A stretch of DNA of 58,331 nucleotides, filler included, from Sluysia triapertura (Eukaryota): NCBI GenBank assembly GCA_046118255.1. It is 4 parts of 4 records of this genome, joined end to end, with 100 filler letters (N's around TTAATTAATTAA, not from the genome) between each part and the next. Parts side by side here need not be neighbours in the genome. Positions count along the whole stretch, not along the records: positions 19,459 to 30,340 come from JBJNIA010192096.1; positions 30,441 to 41,326 come from JBJNIA010192018.1; 2 more parts are not named here. One strand, 5' to 3'. Position numbers and translations under genes: made by a program. The notes under the pieces were generated by a model that was given only the letters and a program-made list of their open reading frames with translations, was not told the DNA's origin and searched no databases. Each line of letters starts with the position of its first letter. Position 1 is the first letter of the stretch. Below are positions 25,971 through 38,505 of the stretch, one piece after another.

Positions 25971-27178
25971 CATTCGTCTAACAATGCCAATTCTAATATC
26001 AAATTAGATCAAATCAACGAGCTAATAGAAAGTAATTCACTCAATTCAAATGATCCAATAAAAACAGATATCCAGCTGAGCTGAATGACTATTCTAAATT
26101 AGAAGTAAATTTTGCTTTATTTGAATTTATAGTTTTCTATTTTTATTAAGATTTTGCTTTGTTATACAACTTGTGGTATACTGAAATATAAGACGCCCAT
26201 CGATTTTTATTATCAAAATAACATTTGGTATATTTTGGTAAGTGATTCATTTTATGTTATAATTAACATATGTTTAGGATTTTATTTAATAATATTTCAT
26301 TGTAAAAGAATAAAAATAAATAAATACTTTCGTTATTGTTTTATAAAAATGTATCATTTTATATTAATAAAATTAACTAACAAAAATTTAATATTTATTT
26401 TAATAAAATATCCAATGAAAATAATTATAATGTTATCATTCATTTTACTTTTAAAATAAAAGCATTTTCATAATACCCCAAAAAATAGCAAGTTATATTA
26501 ATTTAATATAAATTATTTAAAAAGAATACTAAAATAAAATTATAAAAATAATTATAAAATAAATAAAATTATAAAAAATAAAAATATAATACAATAAAAT
26601 AAAATATAATAAAAATATAATAAAAGCAATGAAATTTTGTTTCTGAAACTGAAGCCTGGAGCATTAAAACATTAATATGGTGACATCTTTGGAATTCAAT
26701 AGTTTTATTATACTGTTCCAGTGCCTTGTTTCTTTTGCAAATTATAATGAGAAAAAGTAAATAAGTATGTAAACTTTAAAAATAATTTCAAAAATAATTC
26801 TTATACATTTTGTGCTGTGAAATAAAATATAAGCAAATTTGTAACTTAAATTCATTAAAAAAACAAAAGAAAATGAATTCAGTCTTACTATATATTTATG
26901 TTTAATTATAGATATTTTTAAAACAAAGTGATGTCCGGATTAATTGTATTGTAAATGTATTTATTTTAGTTAATTTTAATATCAAAAGGATTTTAAAAAT
27001 GTTAATTTTTTCCTTTTCTTTCATTTAATTTCTAATTCTCTGTCAAAATTAAAAATTTATATTTTTGTAACACTTCGAGCGATTTAGCCACATTTAAAAC
27101 TTTTGGATTAAATCTAATTAATTTAGTTTTGTTTTTACAAAAGTTATTTGGCGTTTGTATAGATTTATTATTTAATAG

Positions 27179-27180
<2 letters not shown>

Positions 27181-27230
<50 letters not shown>

Positions 27231-27246
27231 TAATAATAATAATAAT
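27181..27246. repeat. (AAT)n microsatellite
   Basis: Directly visible. Confidence 0.95.
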
Positions 27247-28269
27247 AGATAGTAACCACAACTGTGGGACATGTGTTTAGAGCTCGTAATTGTAATAATG
27301 ATAAACAACAACATTGTATAAATCGAATTTGTTTCTGTATATGCTACTCAAATGATATGTGGGTCGTTTGCTAGTCGTTATTGGGTTGTTGACCAAATAA
27401 AGTTGTTCGATTAACGACCTTGAAGATTCAAACTTATGGATATTTCAAATATTGTATCCAGTATCTTAAAATTTACTTTGTAAAAATGAATTAAAAATTT
27501 CAGTTTATTAATCTTGAATCTGATTATTTAAATTTGTAATGATTTGATTAATAGTGGCTTTGTTTTTGAATCTAATTATAGCTTTTTATCGTTTGTAAGC
27601 ACACCAACACGTAAAGAGTTATATTGTATGTATCTTCCATAAAATTTTCAATTGGGTAATTTCTATAATATACGTAACAGTTGGGTGTAAACACAAGGAG
27701 ACAGATGGGATTAGTTTAATCTTGATTTTATAAGGTGACTCTATGTCATTAATAGGTTGTTTACCATGTATTGTCCGGCGGTTTTGGGTATGAAAAATAA
27801 CAGTTCCTCAATTTGTAAAACTTAAAAGGTAAATATGAAATTGTTTATAATTTATGTTTTAACATTTTACTAACAAATGAAAATTGATTTTAATATTCTT
27901 TTACCATAATCCTCTGTTCTTTATTTAAAAATTATAAATAGAATTTTTAATTAAAAATCTTAGCTCAGACAACATTTTTAGTCGACTTTGTGAAAGCTAC
28001 AAAAAATGACCGAAAAAAAGTTACAATGTTACAAAATAATAAATAAGGAAAATGATTTCAGTTATATAAATGGTGGATGACGAAATCAAATGAAAAAATG
28101 GGGCCCAACAAATACTGTGACACAATAATGATAATCGCACTATAATAATAGAAAATGATTTTCTAAATGCATTAATTTATATACTAATTTTTTACTTGAA
28201 ATTGTCCAATCATAAATAAGATAGTCATTTTCTATTTTTTTCTACCACCATAGCGAATTGCAAGATTTT

Positions 28270-28980
28270 AATACTACGCACAACTTTACCACTAGCAAAA
28301 TAACGCAGAGCAGGAAAAATTTCAGGTTCAGACATGCATTGCTTACCAAGCTTAATTGATATGTCCATTTAAAATAGTAAATATATTTTATTGGTATCTG
28401 CATTTACCATTTTCAATTATCATCTAAAACGTGACTGCTATAATTAAATGACGAAATGATTTCTCTGTACCTATTTATGTACACAAAATTTTCTTTTCAC
28501 ACAAAGATTAACAAAGAAATGACCAAACTCTTAGTTTTATTTGTATACACACAAGTGAAGCAAAATTATTTTACTTCATATGAAAAAATTGTGTATAAAT
28601 ATGAGGCGTGTTTTCTCTTTCATCATTTCCACATATTTCCTCATAGCCAAGTTACTTTCTTGGTAATGACAATGAAACAGTGTTAATTGCGGTTATTTTA
28701 TAATAATGTATCACTGAAATTATATTTCATGTTTTATGAAAAGATAAATCTTGATAATCGTAATAAAAATTATTAAATTATCAAAGCGTGTCTGGGTTTT
28801 CTATTTCTTTTAATCATTATTAGCGATAATACCGATACATACTTGAGATTTAAAGCAAAATCACCCTATTTTCTGTTCATATTTTCATAAACAAGACAGA
28901 AACTCATACTTAATTCAGTTACTGTCAACTGCATACTCTTAGTAAAATTTTACATCAATCTGAAACATCTGTCATAGTCA
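28270..28980 (-). pseudogene. Divergent TATA-binding-protein-like (TBP/TRF) pseudogene
   Basis: In TBP order on the minus strand: SLIMIK..PRHALI (cf. VIMRIREPRTTALIF), SNLAMRKYVEMMK (cf. SRLAARKYARVVQK), EPEIFPALRY-FASGKVV (cf. YEPELFPGLIY..IFVSGKVV). Short upstream GT-AG introns, e.g. 29020-28984 (37 nt). Confidence 0.55.
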
Positions 28981-30340
28981 TAACTATTGTGACAATGAAA
29001 TAAATAATAATATTACTAACCCAGTCACTATTCATATCTAAAATGATAATATAAATAAAAAAACTTATAACCTGGTGTTGTTTTGTTGTCGATTATCTGA
29101 AATGGAATAGAAGTCATTATCTGAAATGAAATAAAATAATTAGTACAAATTCATATTGATAATTTTATATTTATCAAAAAAATTATATAATTATTATTAT
29201 TATTTATATTATCAAAAAATTATGAAAATTAATTACCTGCAAAATACGAAATGTTAAAGATTGGAAAAAATATAAAGAAAAATTTAGTTATTAATACGAC
29301 ACACAAGTAAATATTATTAAAATCAGTCAGTGTTACTGAAATTTAAAGAATCAATTTAAATCTTTTTTGTTGCTAAAAATAAATTTTGGTTATAAAACTT
29401 TTGTGGAATTCGACTGGTTGTAAAAGTCTCCTTGACGTCAATTATCGGTTAGATAATATTGGTTAAAAATTCTCTGTTAACTATCGACTAAGCGTTATAA
29501 AATTTTATGGTTTTTTTGTCAACCATCCAATAGATTATTTTGGTTATAAAGCTTAATTAACATTTTACGATCCATTCAGTTTTTCAAATAAACAATTGTT
29601 CTCATCATGACTTAAAATTATTACTAAGTTAATTATGTATGGTTTTTATTTATCTGAAGGGAAATATAAAATAAACTTAAAATATCCTATTCACATCTAG
29701 TTTAGTCTAGATATAAAGTCATTTTTAAAATGTGCAGTTTTTTCTAGAAGATTTCTTCTGCTAACAATTTCATTTGCGTTATTATTCTTGTTTTATTCGA
29801 TTGTAAGTGTTTAGATATATTATTGGTATCCTGTTCATAAAAAACTTTAGTATTGGTATTTTTTGAGTTTTTCTTTTGAAGTTTAAAGTATAATAAATTA
29901 GAAAATAATTAATTGAATATTATAAGTTAACAAGAAATTAACAGACCATAAGTAAAACTTATAATTAAAAGTGCATAAGGTTTTAACCTATAGAATAAAG
30001 AAATATCAATAAGCTCTTAAATTTATAGAGACATAATACGAATTAGGTATAATCACAACTATTAAGAATTATAAAATTTCTGAAAGTTGAAACAAAGAAT
30101 ATAATTAAACAATTCACGAATTAATAAATTACATAAAGACCATGCGCATAAATTGTAGATCGTAGGTGAACCATAAGTTTAACACATTTGTACATTAAAT
30201 AAATTAAATTTATTAGATAAAAACCAATATACATCTCAGTTATGCTCATCGACACATTTTATATAATTTAGAATCGACTTTAGTTAGATGAGTTTCTATT
30301 TTCATCGAGGATAGTAAATTTCGAATTCATAAAGCTTAAC

Positions 30341-30440
30341 NNNNNNNNNNNNNNNNNNNNNNNNNNNNNNNNNNNNNNNNNNNNTTAATTAATTAANNNN
30401 NNNNNNNNNNNNNNNNNNNNNNNNNNNNNNNNNNNNNNNN
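30341..30440. other. Assembly spacer (N run with TTAATTAATTAA linker)
   Basis: Same structure as at 19359. Confidence 0.98.
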
Positions 30441-30684
30441 AATCAGTTCAATTAACGTTCCAATAAATCAGTTCAATTAACTCCAATTAGATCAAATATT
30501 CCAACAATTGAATCTACCGTTCCAATAATTAAATCGACTAAATCTTTTCACTGTTAAAAAATTAATCATTAGTTTCATGCTCCTTACCTTTTTATACTTC
30601 TGAATATCCGATTTTATAATAATTAAAATATCCGTAGTTTTATAAACAAAATAATATAAATTTTCGAAAAATATCGACAAAATA

Positions 30685-30912
30685 ATATAAATTTCCGTGA
30701 TTGAAAACGTTCGATTTCCGATTAAAATTTCATAAATTAAAATTATTATTATTTACAATTTATAAACAATTATTAATGACTAATAAAACATTCGATTTAT
30801 ATAAATTTCCGTGATTGAAAACATTCGATTTCCGATTAAAATTTCATGAATTAAAATTATCATTATTTACAATTTATAAACAATTATTAATGACTAATAA
30901 AACATTCGATTT
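30685..30912 (+). repeat. Near-perfect 114-bp tandem duplication
   Basis: ATATAAATTTCCGTGATTGAAAAC...AAAACATTCGATTT starts at 30685 and 30799, with about 3 substitutions. Confidence 0.9.
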
Positions 30913-33158
30913 CCGATTTTTTCAAATAAACATAATGATAATTTAAAATTTTATAAATAAACAATTATTAAAATTTAAATTAATATGTTTTATTAAAATT
31001 ATTATTATTTTCCGATAAATCTTTTTTTAAATAAATTAAGATTATTATTACGGCTTTGGTATAATTTATTTTCTTTAATGTACATAAATTACATAAATTA
31101 TTTACAATTCTGTATATTACCAATTAAAAATCCATTGTTTCAAGTTTAATCGAATCATGTGGTTTTAAATACTACATGCACTCTGGTGATGTACAAATAT
31201 ATACTAAATTGGAAACGAATAACAAAATACTATTCAAAGAACTAATATATGAATTTATAAAGTTTTTGAAATAAATACTTAAAAAGCAATGAAAAGTAAG
31301 AATTTATAATCTTCGATAATAACCACAATACTTAAATACTAAAGTTAATTGTAGGTAGTGAGTTGCTGGAAGCGAAACTAAAAGTATGAAATATAAGCTG
31401 TTGTATGGATTTAAAAATCAACCTGGAAAGAATATTAATTGTAGTTAAAAGTGTAATTACCAATTAAAGAAAATATCAAATATTACAAAACTTGTTAAAG
31501 ATTTTCTAAATTAAATGTTTATTCATTAATAACTAATAGAACTGATAAAGTGCAAAAATTACAATAATAATCAATAATTAAGACTAATTTTCCAAAATAG
31601 TTATTAGGAATTACATTAGTTATCAATGAGTATAATTCCAAATCATAACTTTAATTTATAAATGCTTATATATTTTGAAGTCCTGAATCTCTTTGGAAAT
31701 AATAAATTCGTAAACCAAATTGATATTTCATTAAGATATAATAATTTATACGGAATCCACAGTAATAATAAATTAAGTGATATGTTATATACCACTTGTT
31801 TCAAAAATAAACAACTACCAGAACGTTGAATTACTGAAAGATTATGAAAGGTTTAAGAAATAGACAGTTATTTCTTTTAAGTACTTATTTTGCAGTAAAT
31901 ATTAGCACAATATAAATTAATATATTATACAAAATAAAATTCATTTTAAAGTATTTATGGTTCTTAAATCTCATAATTCACAACTACTAAGTAATCATTA
32001 ATTCGTTTCATGTAATTTTTCTAAACACAAAACTAAATTATGTGTTTAAATTTTTAAATATATGTATTCTGATGTAAAAAATTGTGATTTTGAAAAGTTT
32101 ATCCCAATTTAAAATTTGTTACAATATATTTAAAAAATTTACAACACGAAATTATCCATAAAATTATTGATTTATAATATATAAAGTTGGTTTTTTTTCC
32201 CGATACTGAGCTGATATAACCTTTACTGAACTCTGAATGAAAAGTAAAATATATTAAATACAAATAAAAATAAATTATGGGCGTAAAAAAGTTTAGACAT
32301 TAAAATAATTAAATATCTACCTAAATAAATTTAAATCATGTTTATATTTATTGTTATATAGTTATGCTACTGCAGCAACTGTTAAATACACAAAAATAAA
32401 CATATACTACTCTGTAAAATAAACAAAATTAATTAGTATGTTCTTAATACTTAAATACATACAAAAATTTAATTTGTAAAAATTAATGTTTTATCCTACT
32501 ATTACCTTAATAAATATTCAACAATTATAATTATACTAAATTAAGTGCTGCATAATTTAAATATCAAAATTCATTAAAAAGTGAGCTTATCCAAACAAGA
32601 TTTCATACATTTAGCAAAACATTTTAGGCATCAGTTTCAATAAAAACCATTTTGTTCTGCGCACTTTCATCGGATTACAAGATCTTTTGTAAGTATTATG
32701 ACAAAATAATTCGTCGGTTTCAAGATTTTGCCTATCAGTAATTTCTTTGAGTGTTAGAACAACCAAAAATCGCTCAGAACCAAGTCAGAACAATACAGAG
32801 ATTGTTAAAATAATTTGACTTTCTTAAGTACAATTTCATTTTGAAGTTTCTGAGATTATTTTAAACTAATTAAGAATGCACAATTTAATTTTATTATAAT
32901 TTCATAATTTTACAAACATAAAAAACTGATCAAAATGGATCAATTTGTAAATTTGCAAATCAGCCAGTAGTGCTACAAAAAAGTCACGATCTTATTAAAA
33001 TAAAAATGAAAAAAAACTACGAAAAACTCCAAAATAAATTTATGAATTGTAATATGGCTAAACCAATTTTATTAAAAATTATGTAGACGAAATAAAGAAA
33101 TTGGACATATAATGGAATTTAATTATTATAGGGATAAATTAAGGCAAGTCATTATTAT

Positions 33159-33335
33159 CCCATTCGCTGCCAAGCCCAAATTATATGAAATCATCCCCAT
33201 TGCCATTTATATTTATAATTTGCTTATTCAAAAGCCTGCATGTTATAATACATTTAAAGTAGGACGAGTATACCCGTCTTGGCAATGCGTGACACCCTGC
33301 CAAGGACGAGTATACTCGTCTTGGCAGCGAATGGG
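33159..33335. mobile_element. piggyBac-type MITE (177 bp) with palindromic subterminal repeats
   Basis: Perfect 16-bp TIR CCCATTCGCTGCCAAG; TTAT on both flanks; internal GGACGAGTATACYCGTCTTGGCA occurs twice. Confidence 0.9.
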
Positions 33336-33667
33336 TTATAGAATGAAATTCTATTGTTCGTAGTATAATATTAGTTATACAAGTCAGTATGTTTTACATA
33401 ACACTCGATAATTTTGGCATAATTGGGTGAGATTTAAAATATTATTTTAAATATGTAAAGAATCTAGAGAATCTGAAAACTTAAAATGAAGCTTACTCAT
33501 TTATATGGACTGCATATCCGGTTTCCGATCAACCGGCCAAAATTCATTTACGATAAATAGCAGTAAATTTTAATTTTTACCCAATTTTTCGAAAGTTAAA
33601 TTCGAATTAAAATAATTCCTTTTTAAAAAATGTAGTCAAATTTTAAAGATTAAATTACTATTTAGTA

Positions 33668-34858
33668 ATGGCTAATACTAGTTCTACTAGTGACTTACAT
33701 TCGCACTTAAAGACGTAGCATAACGTTAATCTATTAAAAAGACACGTGCCAACTGCTGGTACTTCAACTTCGTCATCTGAAAAATGAAATTCAATCATTC
33801 AAAATAATTTAAACAAATATTGACGAATTATGTCCCGTCGTAATCTCAAGGATGACATGCCATTTGTAAGGTTTTGTAGCTCTTAAGATTTAAGGCGATT
33901 GCTAATATCTAAAAGTGTGGAAAACATCGTTATGGATTATGGATCTAATCTAGTTCGCATTAATACAAAATTTAATTTTACATTTGATGAGTGAAAATCA
34001 GTACGAAATCAAAGAAATGAATATTAATATGCATACAGTATAAAAATTTTGGAATATTGGATTAATTCGGGTTCTCACTGCCAAAAAATATTTTGAACTA
34101 GTTTAACAAAAATTGAGAGTTCGGACTTGGATTTAGATCATATAACTACGATTACAACAGATGTCATTGTTAGGAAGAAACCTGGAAAAACTGTAAATTG
34201 CAAGCGTCAATTGTGCTTAGCCGTTATTAAGGTATTATATAAAAAGTCACTCACAATAAACTCGAATTTGGCTATGAAATTAAATCAGAGAATGAAGAAA
34301 ACGAATATGAAATTGCAGGTTTTATTGTATCTGATGAACAAAATTCAAATTGTAACGTAGTTCCGAATATTTCCCAAAAATTGCTAAAGACAAGTGGTTA
34401 AATTGTTTAGAAGTTTTACAAAAACTTTATATTCAGTCGTGTTATAATATCTTCATATTGCATCGATTATTCAAAATCAAAAGATTCTAAGTAATCGCAC
34501 TTTATTTAATAAATTGAATAAAACAAAAATCTGCAAATCGAATTCCTAGTCACCCGTCTTAAGGTTGTAATGGATAAATTAAGTAATATTTCTGAAGATG
34601 AATAAGAAACAATAAAGGATAGATTGTAGCTGGCTCTTAAGGTAAAAGGCTCTATTAAATTTAATACTACTATTGTCATAATAGTAAAATAAACTAAAAA
34701 TTTTAAAAACGTATTGAAGGACAATGCCGTGGTGAGTTATTTGAACTAATATAGAACCTGAAAGAGCATTTTCTGCAACAAAAATTCGATTACGACTTAG
34801 CGAAGAGTTAATTGATGAACATTGTTTTTGTGTGCATATTTTAAAAAGGAAAAATGTA
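33668..34858 (+). mobile_element. hAT-superfamily transposase relic
   Basis: SSTSDLHSHLKT*H (BED finger end), FTFDE (first catalytic D), ITTITTD, QLCLA (CxxH region), EPERAFSA..KIRLRLSEELIDE..F (C-terminal dimerisation motif). Heavily deleted. Confidence 0.85.
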
Positions 34859-35317
34859 AAATTTTTAAAATTTTCTTTGGAATAAATTAAAGTTAAATCT
34901 TTTAAATTAATTACACGTGATTCCGTTTGTTTATATCCAAAATTGTTACTTTAAACTTTAGTATTAAGGTGTTTATTTTTGAATAGTTTTTTAGGGCTTT
35001 AAATTTAATGATAAAATTGGCTCTTTCGTCCTTAGCATCTAATTATAAACCGATTGTATTGATATAATTTATAAATAAAATTTGCATTTTAAAATTAAAA
35101 GTTCGTAATATTTACGATAATTCGAGTAATCGTAATATAACGACAAAATATTCCAACCTTAATAAAGTTATTATTTTGTCTAGAATAAGCAATTTTATTC
35201 AATTTAGCAAAGTTATACCACAAATTTCACTCAAAACAAGCATAATGTTTAGAATGAAGTAATAAAACATTCGAGAAAATCATTAACATTATTACGTTTA
35301 CTAATCAAAGATATAAT

Positions 35318-36547
35318 CTATATTACTTGTTTTGCTTTAGATGATATACCCAAGCAAGCTTCAAATTCATTTTCATTCAGTTTTGAATTTGTAACATTAT
35401 CGAAACATTTTCCTTGTTTTATTGTGGGTTCTATCCTTAATCGACTAGACTTTCCGAACATATTATAATTTTTATCACGATTAGATAACTCTAATTTGTA
35501 CCGTAAAAGTTCTTTTTCTATATCCTTGGTTGTAGAATCTGGTTTAATCGGAGTCGCGATAATTCTATTTTTGTATTTCTGAAACAATGACAGCTATAAA
35601 ATGTAATCAGAATTATAAAAATAAAGGCTAATAATTTGTAAAAGTTTAAGTAAAATCTAAAAGCACAATGTAATTTAATGTTTAAATGCTTAGACAAAAT
35701 AGTATACATTAAACACACGTTCACGAAGTTTGTGTAATTAATGAAATAATTTTTAATTACATTAAATATTAACATTCGAAATATTTAATAAATATCGTAC
35801 TTCATTGATTTGTTCCACTGTAGACTTTAACTGTTTTAATTCTTGATCAAAATTTTTCTTATTTTCATTTATGCCATTAAGTTCACATTCTAAACTCTTA
35901 CATTTATCGAGTAGCATAGTATTAGAATTTTGAAGAACTTTAATTTCGGAATTTTGTTTTACATTTTCATTTATCAACTTGTCCAACCTCTTTTGTAGTT
36001 CAGATTTATCTTTGATGTGTTTTTGGTCATTTTGATGTTTTATCATTTCTAATACATTATAATTTTTTTGCTGTTGATTTAATTCAAATTTTAATTCTTT
36101 TATCTGAGTATCATATTGCATACAAGTATCAATATTATCTCTCATTAATTTATTAATTTGACTTTTTAAGCTTTCAATAATTTTTTTTAGATTAGTTTGT
36201 TCAAACAAAGATTGTTCCATCTTTTTGTGAACATCATCCAATAAACTTTGAAAGTGCATTCTAATTTCATTTTCTTCATTTTTAAAGCTTAATTCGATTT
36301 CTTTAATCAATTCCATTTTTTCTTCCATTGTAATCATAGATTTATTACTAATTTTCAATATATCAATTTCTTCTAATAAATTTTTTTCATATTCGGAAAA
36401 AAAACTTTTCATTTCAATAATAATATCATCTTTTTCTTGATTTTGTACAAACAGGACATGAATAACTTCAGTTAATTCAGCTATTTTTTTACATACTCGT
36501 TCTTTAAATTCTGTTCGTGATCCAATGTAACAATTTATATCACTCAT
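35318..36547 (-). CDS. FAM184A: FAM184-like coiled-coil protein; exons 36547-35801 and 35593 (or 35578)-35318
   Basis: N-terminal RVCKKIAELTEVIHVL resembles FAM184 KMSKKIAQLTKVIYAL. C-terminal YKLELSNRDKNYNMF resembles YQLELVNRETNFNKVF. Phase-0 GT donor at 35800; two in-frame AG acceptors 15 nt apart. Confidence 0.8.
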
Positions 36548-38505
36548 CAAAAATTAATAGTCTAGTTCACGCTTTTTGATTTTAATATAATTTAGTTTAC
36601 ACAATACGTAACCAATTAACAACTATGATTTTGATATTTATTGATTTACGGACTTAATAATGTACAAATATTTGATATTAATGCATTTATTTAGTAGTTT
36701 TGCATAATATATAACTAATTTATTTAAGCACTTCATAATATAAATGATAAATTTAATAAAAAATGAATTTTTTCCATTATTATAAATAGTATAACGAGAA
36801 TAAATCTATTTAATTTATTAATGTAATCAATCAAAAAAGCTATTATATATAATTCTTAAAGTATCAAGCTGTCATTAAAAATATTGTTCCACGTACAAAT
36901 TGTAAATTTCAAATATTAATATTCAGGCTGAGACTACAAATTACAAAAACAAAACGGGCGCAATCTCACACTAATTTAACAAACTGCAAGGAGTCATTTT
37001 CTATCGATAACTCTATTTTCATTTGAGTACTTTATTTTCTTTCCATATTTTTAGTATTCTAAACTTTATATAGATTAATTTTTAATGAAATTACTGACTC
37101 TTAAAATAAAAATTTCAAAAACATAAACTACAATTATTAATAATTAAACTGATTATAATTTATAACATTAAAAAAGAAGAGTTTGTCAAAACGAATTAAA
37201 ATTCTTAAATGGGAATAAGACAGTACTATATTTCATAAAATATTAAATATATCAAAATAGCTCACCTGGTGCTGATAAACTAATGCAAAATAACGTATAA
37301 ACATAATATAATTTTGTATCGTTTCTATCATAAAAATAAATTTTAATCCCAAAATAATTTAACGGTACTTTAAAAATATCCTAATTTTTATTTTACCCAT
37401 AACCTTGCGCAATTCAAAGACAGAAAAATTAAATTAACCGTATAACAATATTCACATAAACTGTAACTATTTTTTGCCACAATTGTTATTCTTTTTAATA
37501 CTTTCATGGAGCACGTGATATAATCCCATTTTTTAACACCTGCATTTTTAGAATTTTGCAGTTTTAAAAGAAAAACTACAAATGTGCTCCAAGAATGGGA
37601 CATTAACGCATGTGCGTTAAATTTAAAATTCGCATTTTACTTTTGTTTACATTAAGTCTATTAGTACCGAAGTTGTATTTTATTTTGAAGCAATTCAGCA
37701 CCGAAAATCTTATAAAATTTGGTATACATAAAAAATTTTAAGTTCTATATTCCACATATGAAACATATCTTTGAAAAATGAATGCATTACAATACGAATA
37801 TTCAATCCCATAAAATACACATGAAGCTAAATACTCAATTAAACTGATTTGTAAAAAATACAAAATCCATTTTTAATCATATTTACTTAACTTTCAAACA
37901 AATAAACCAATAAATTAATGTTTCATTTATTTATACATTTACAGCAGTTAGTTTAGTGTAAAATATTTATTGCACATAACATTCTTAATGTACTTGGAAG
38001 CCTTTTATAACTTTTGATTGAATGTTTATTATAGACAATAATGTCTACAAATTGACAATCAAGAGTTACTTTAAACTTTTTAGCATTAACTGAAGTTTTC
38101 TTCTCAATAACAAAATGAGTTAATGCTATTCTAAATACCTAATTTAATATAAAAATTTTGTCGGAAAATTATATTAATATCCCATGTTAAATTATAATAA
38201 TTGTTAATTTCGAATGGTTGCATTAGTATACATTTTCCAGTGACATGTATTAACAAATTATGCATCGAGATTCAGTATTTTGTTAAAAGAAAACAATTCG
38301 TGTATTTAAATTCTTACTACAACATGCAATTATGTCATATGTTACACTAGTATTTAACAATTTTACAATGTTTGATTTGACTGTAAACTGTCTGTTTTCT
38401 TTAATGTAAATTGTTTCGATGAATGTCTAAATAAAATATATAATTAAATGTGACCCAGTATTTATGTTGCATGTTAAATAATTTATTAAATAAAATTATA
38501 CTTAC

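Noticed and set aside
27032-27259. Poly-Ile ORFs here, at 44508-44792 and at 56656-56853
   Set aside because: Translations of ATT/ATC microsatellites.
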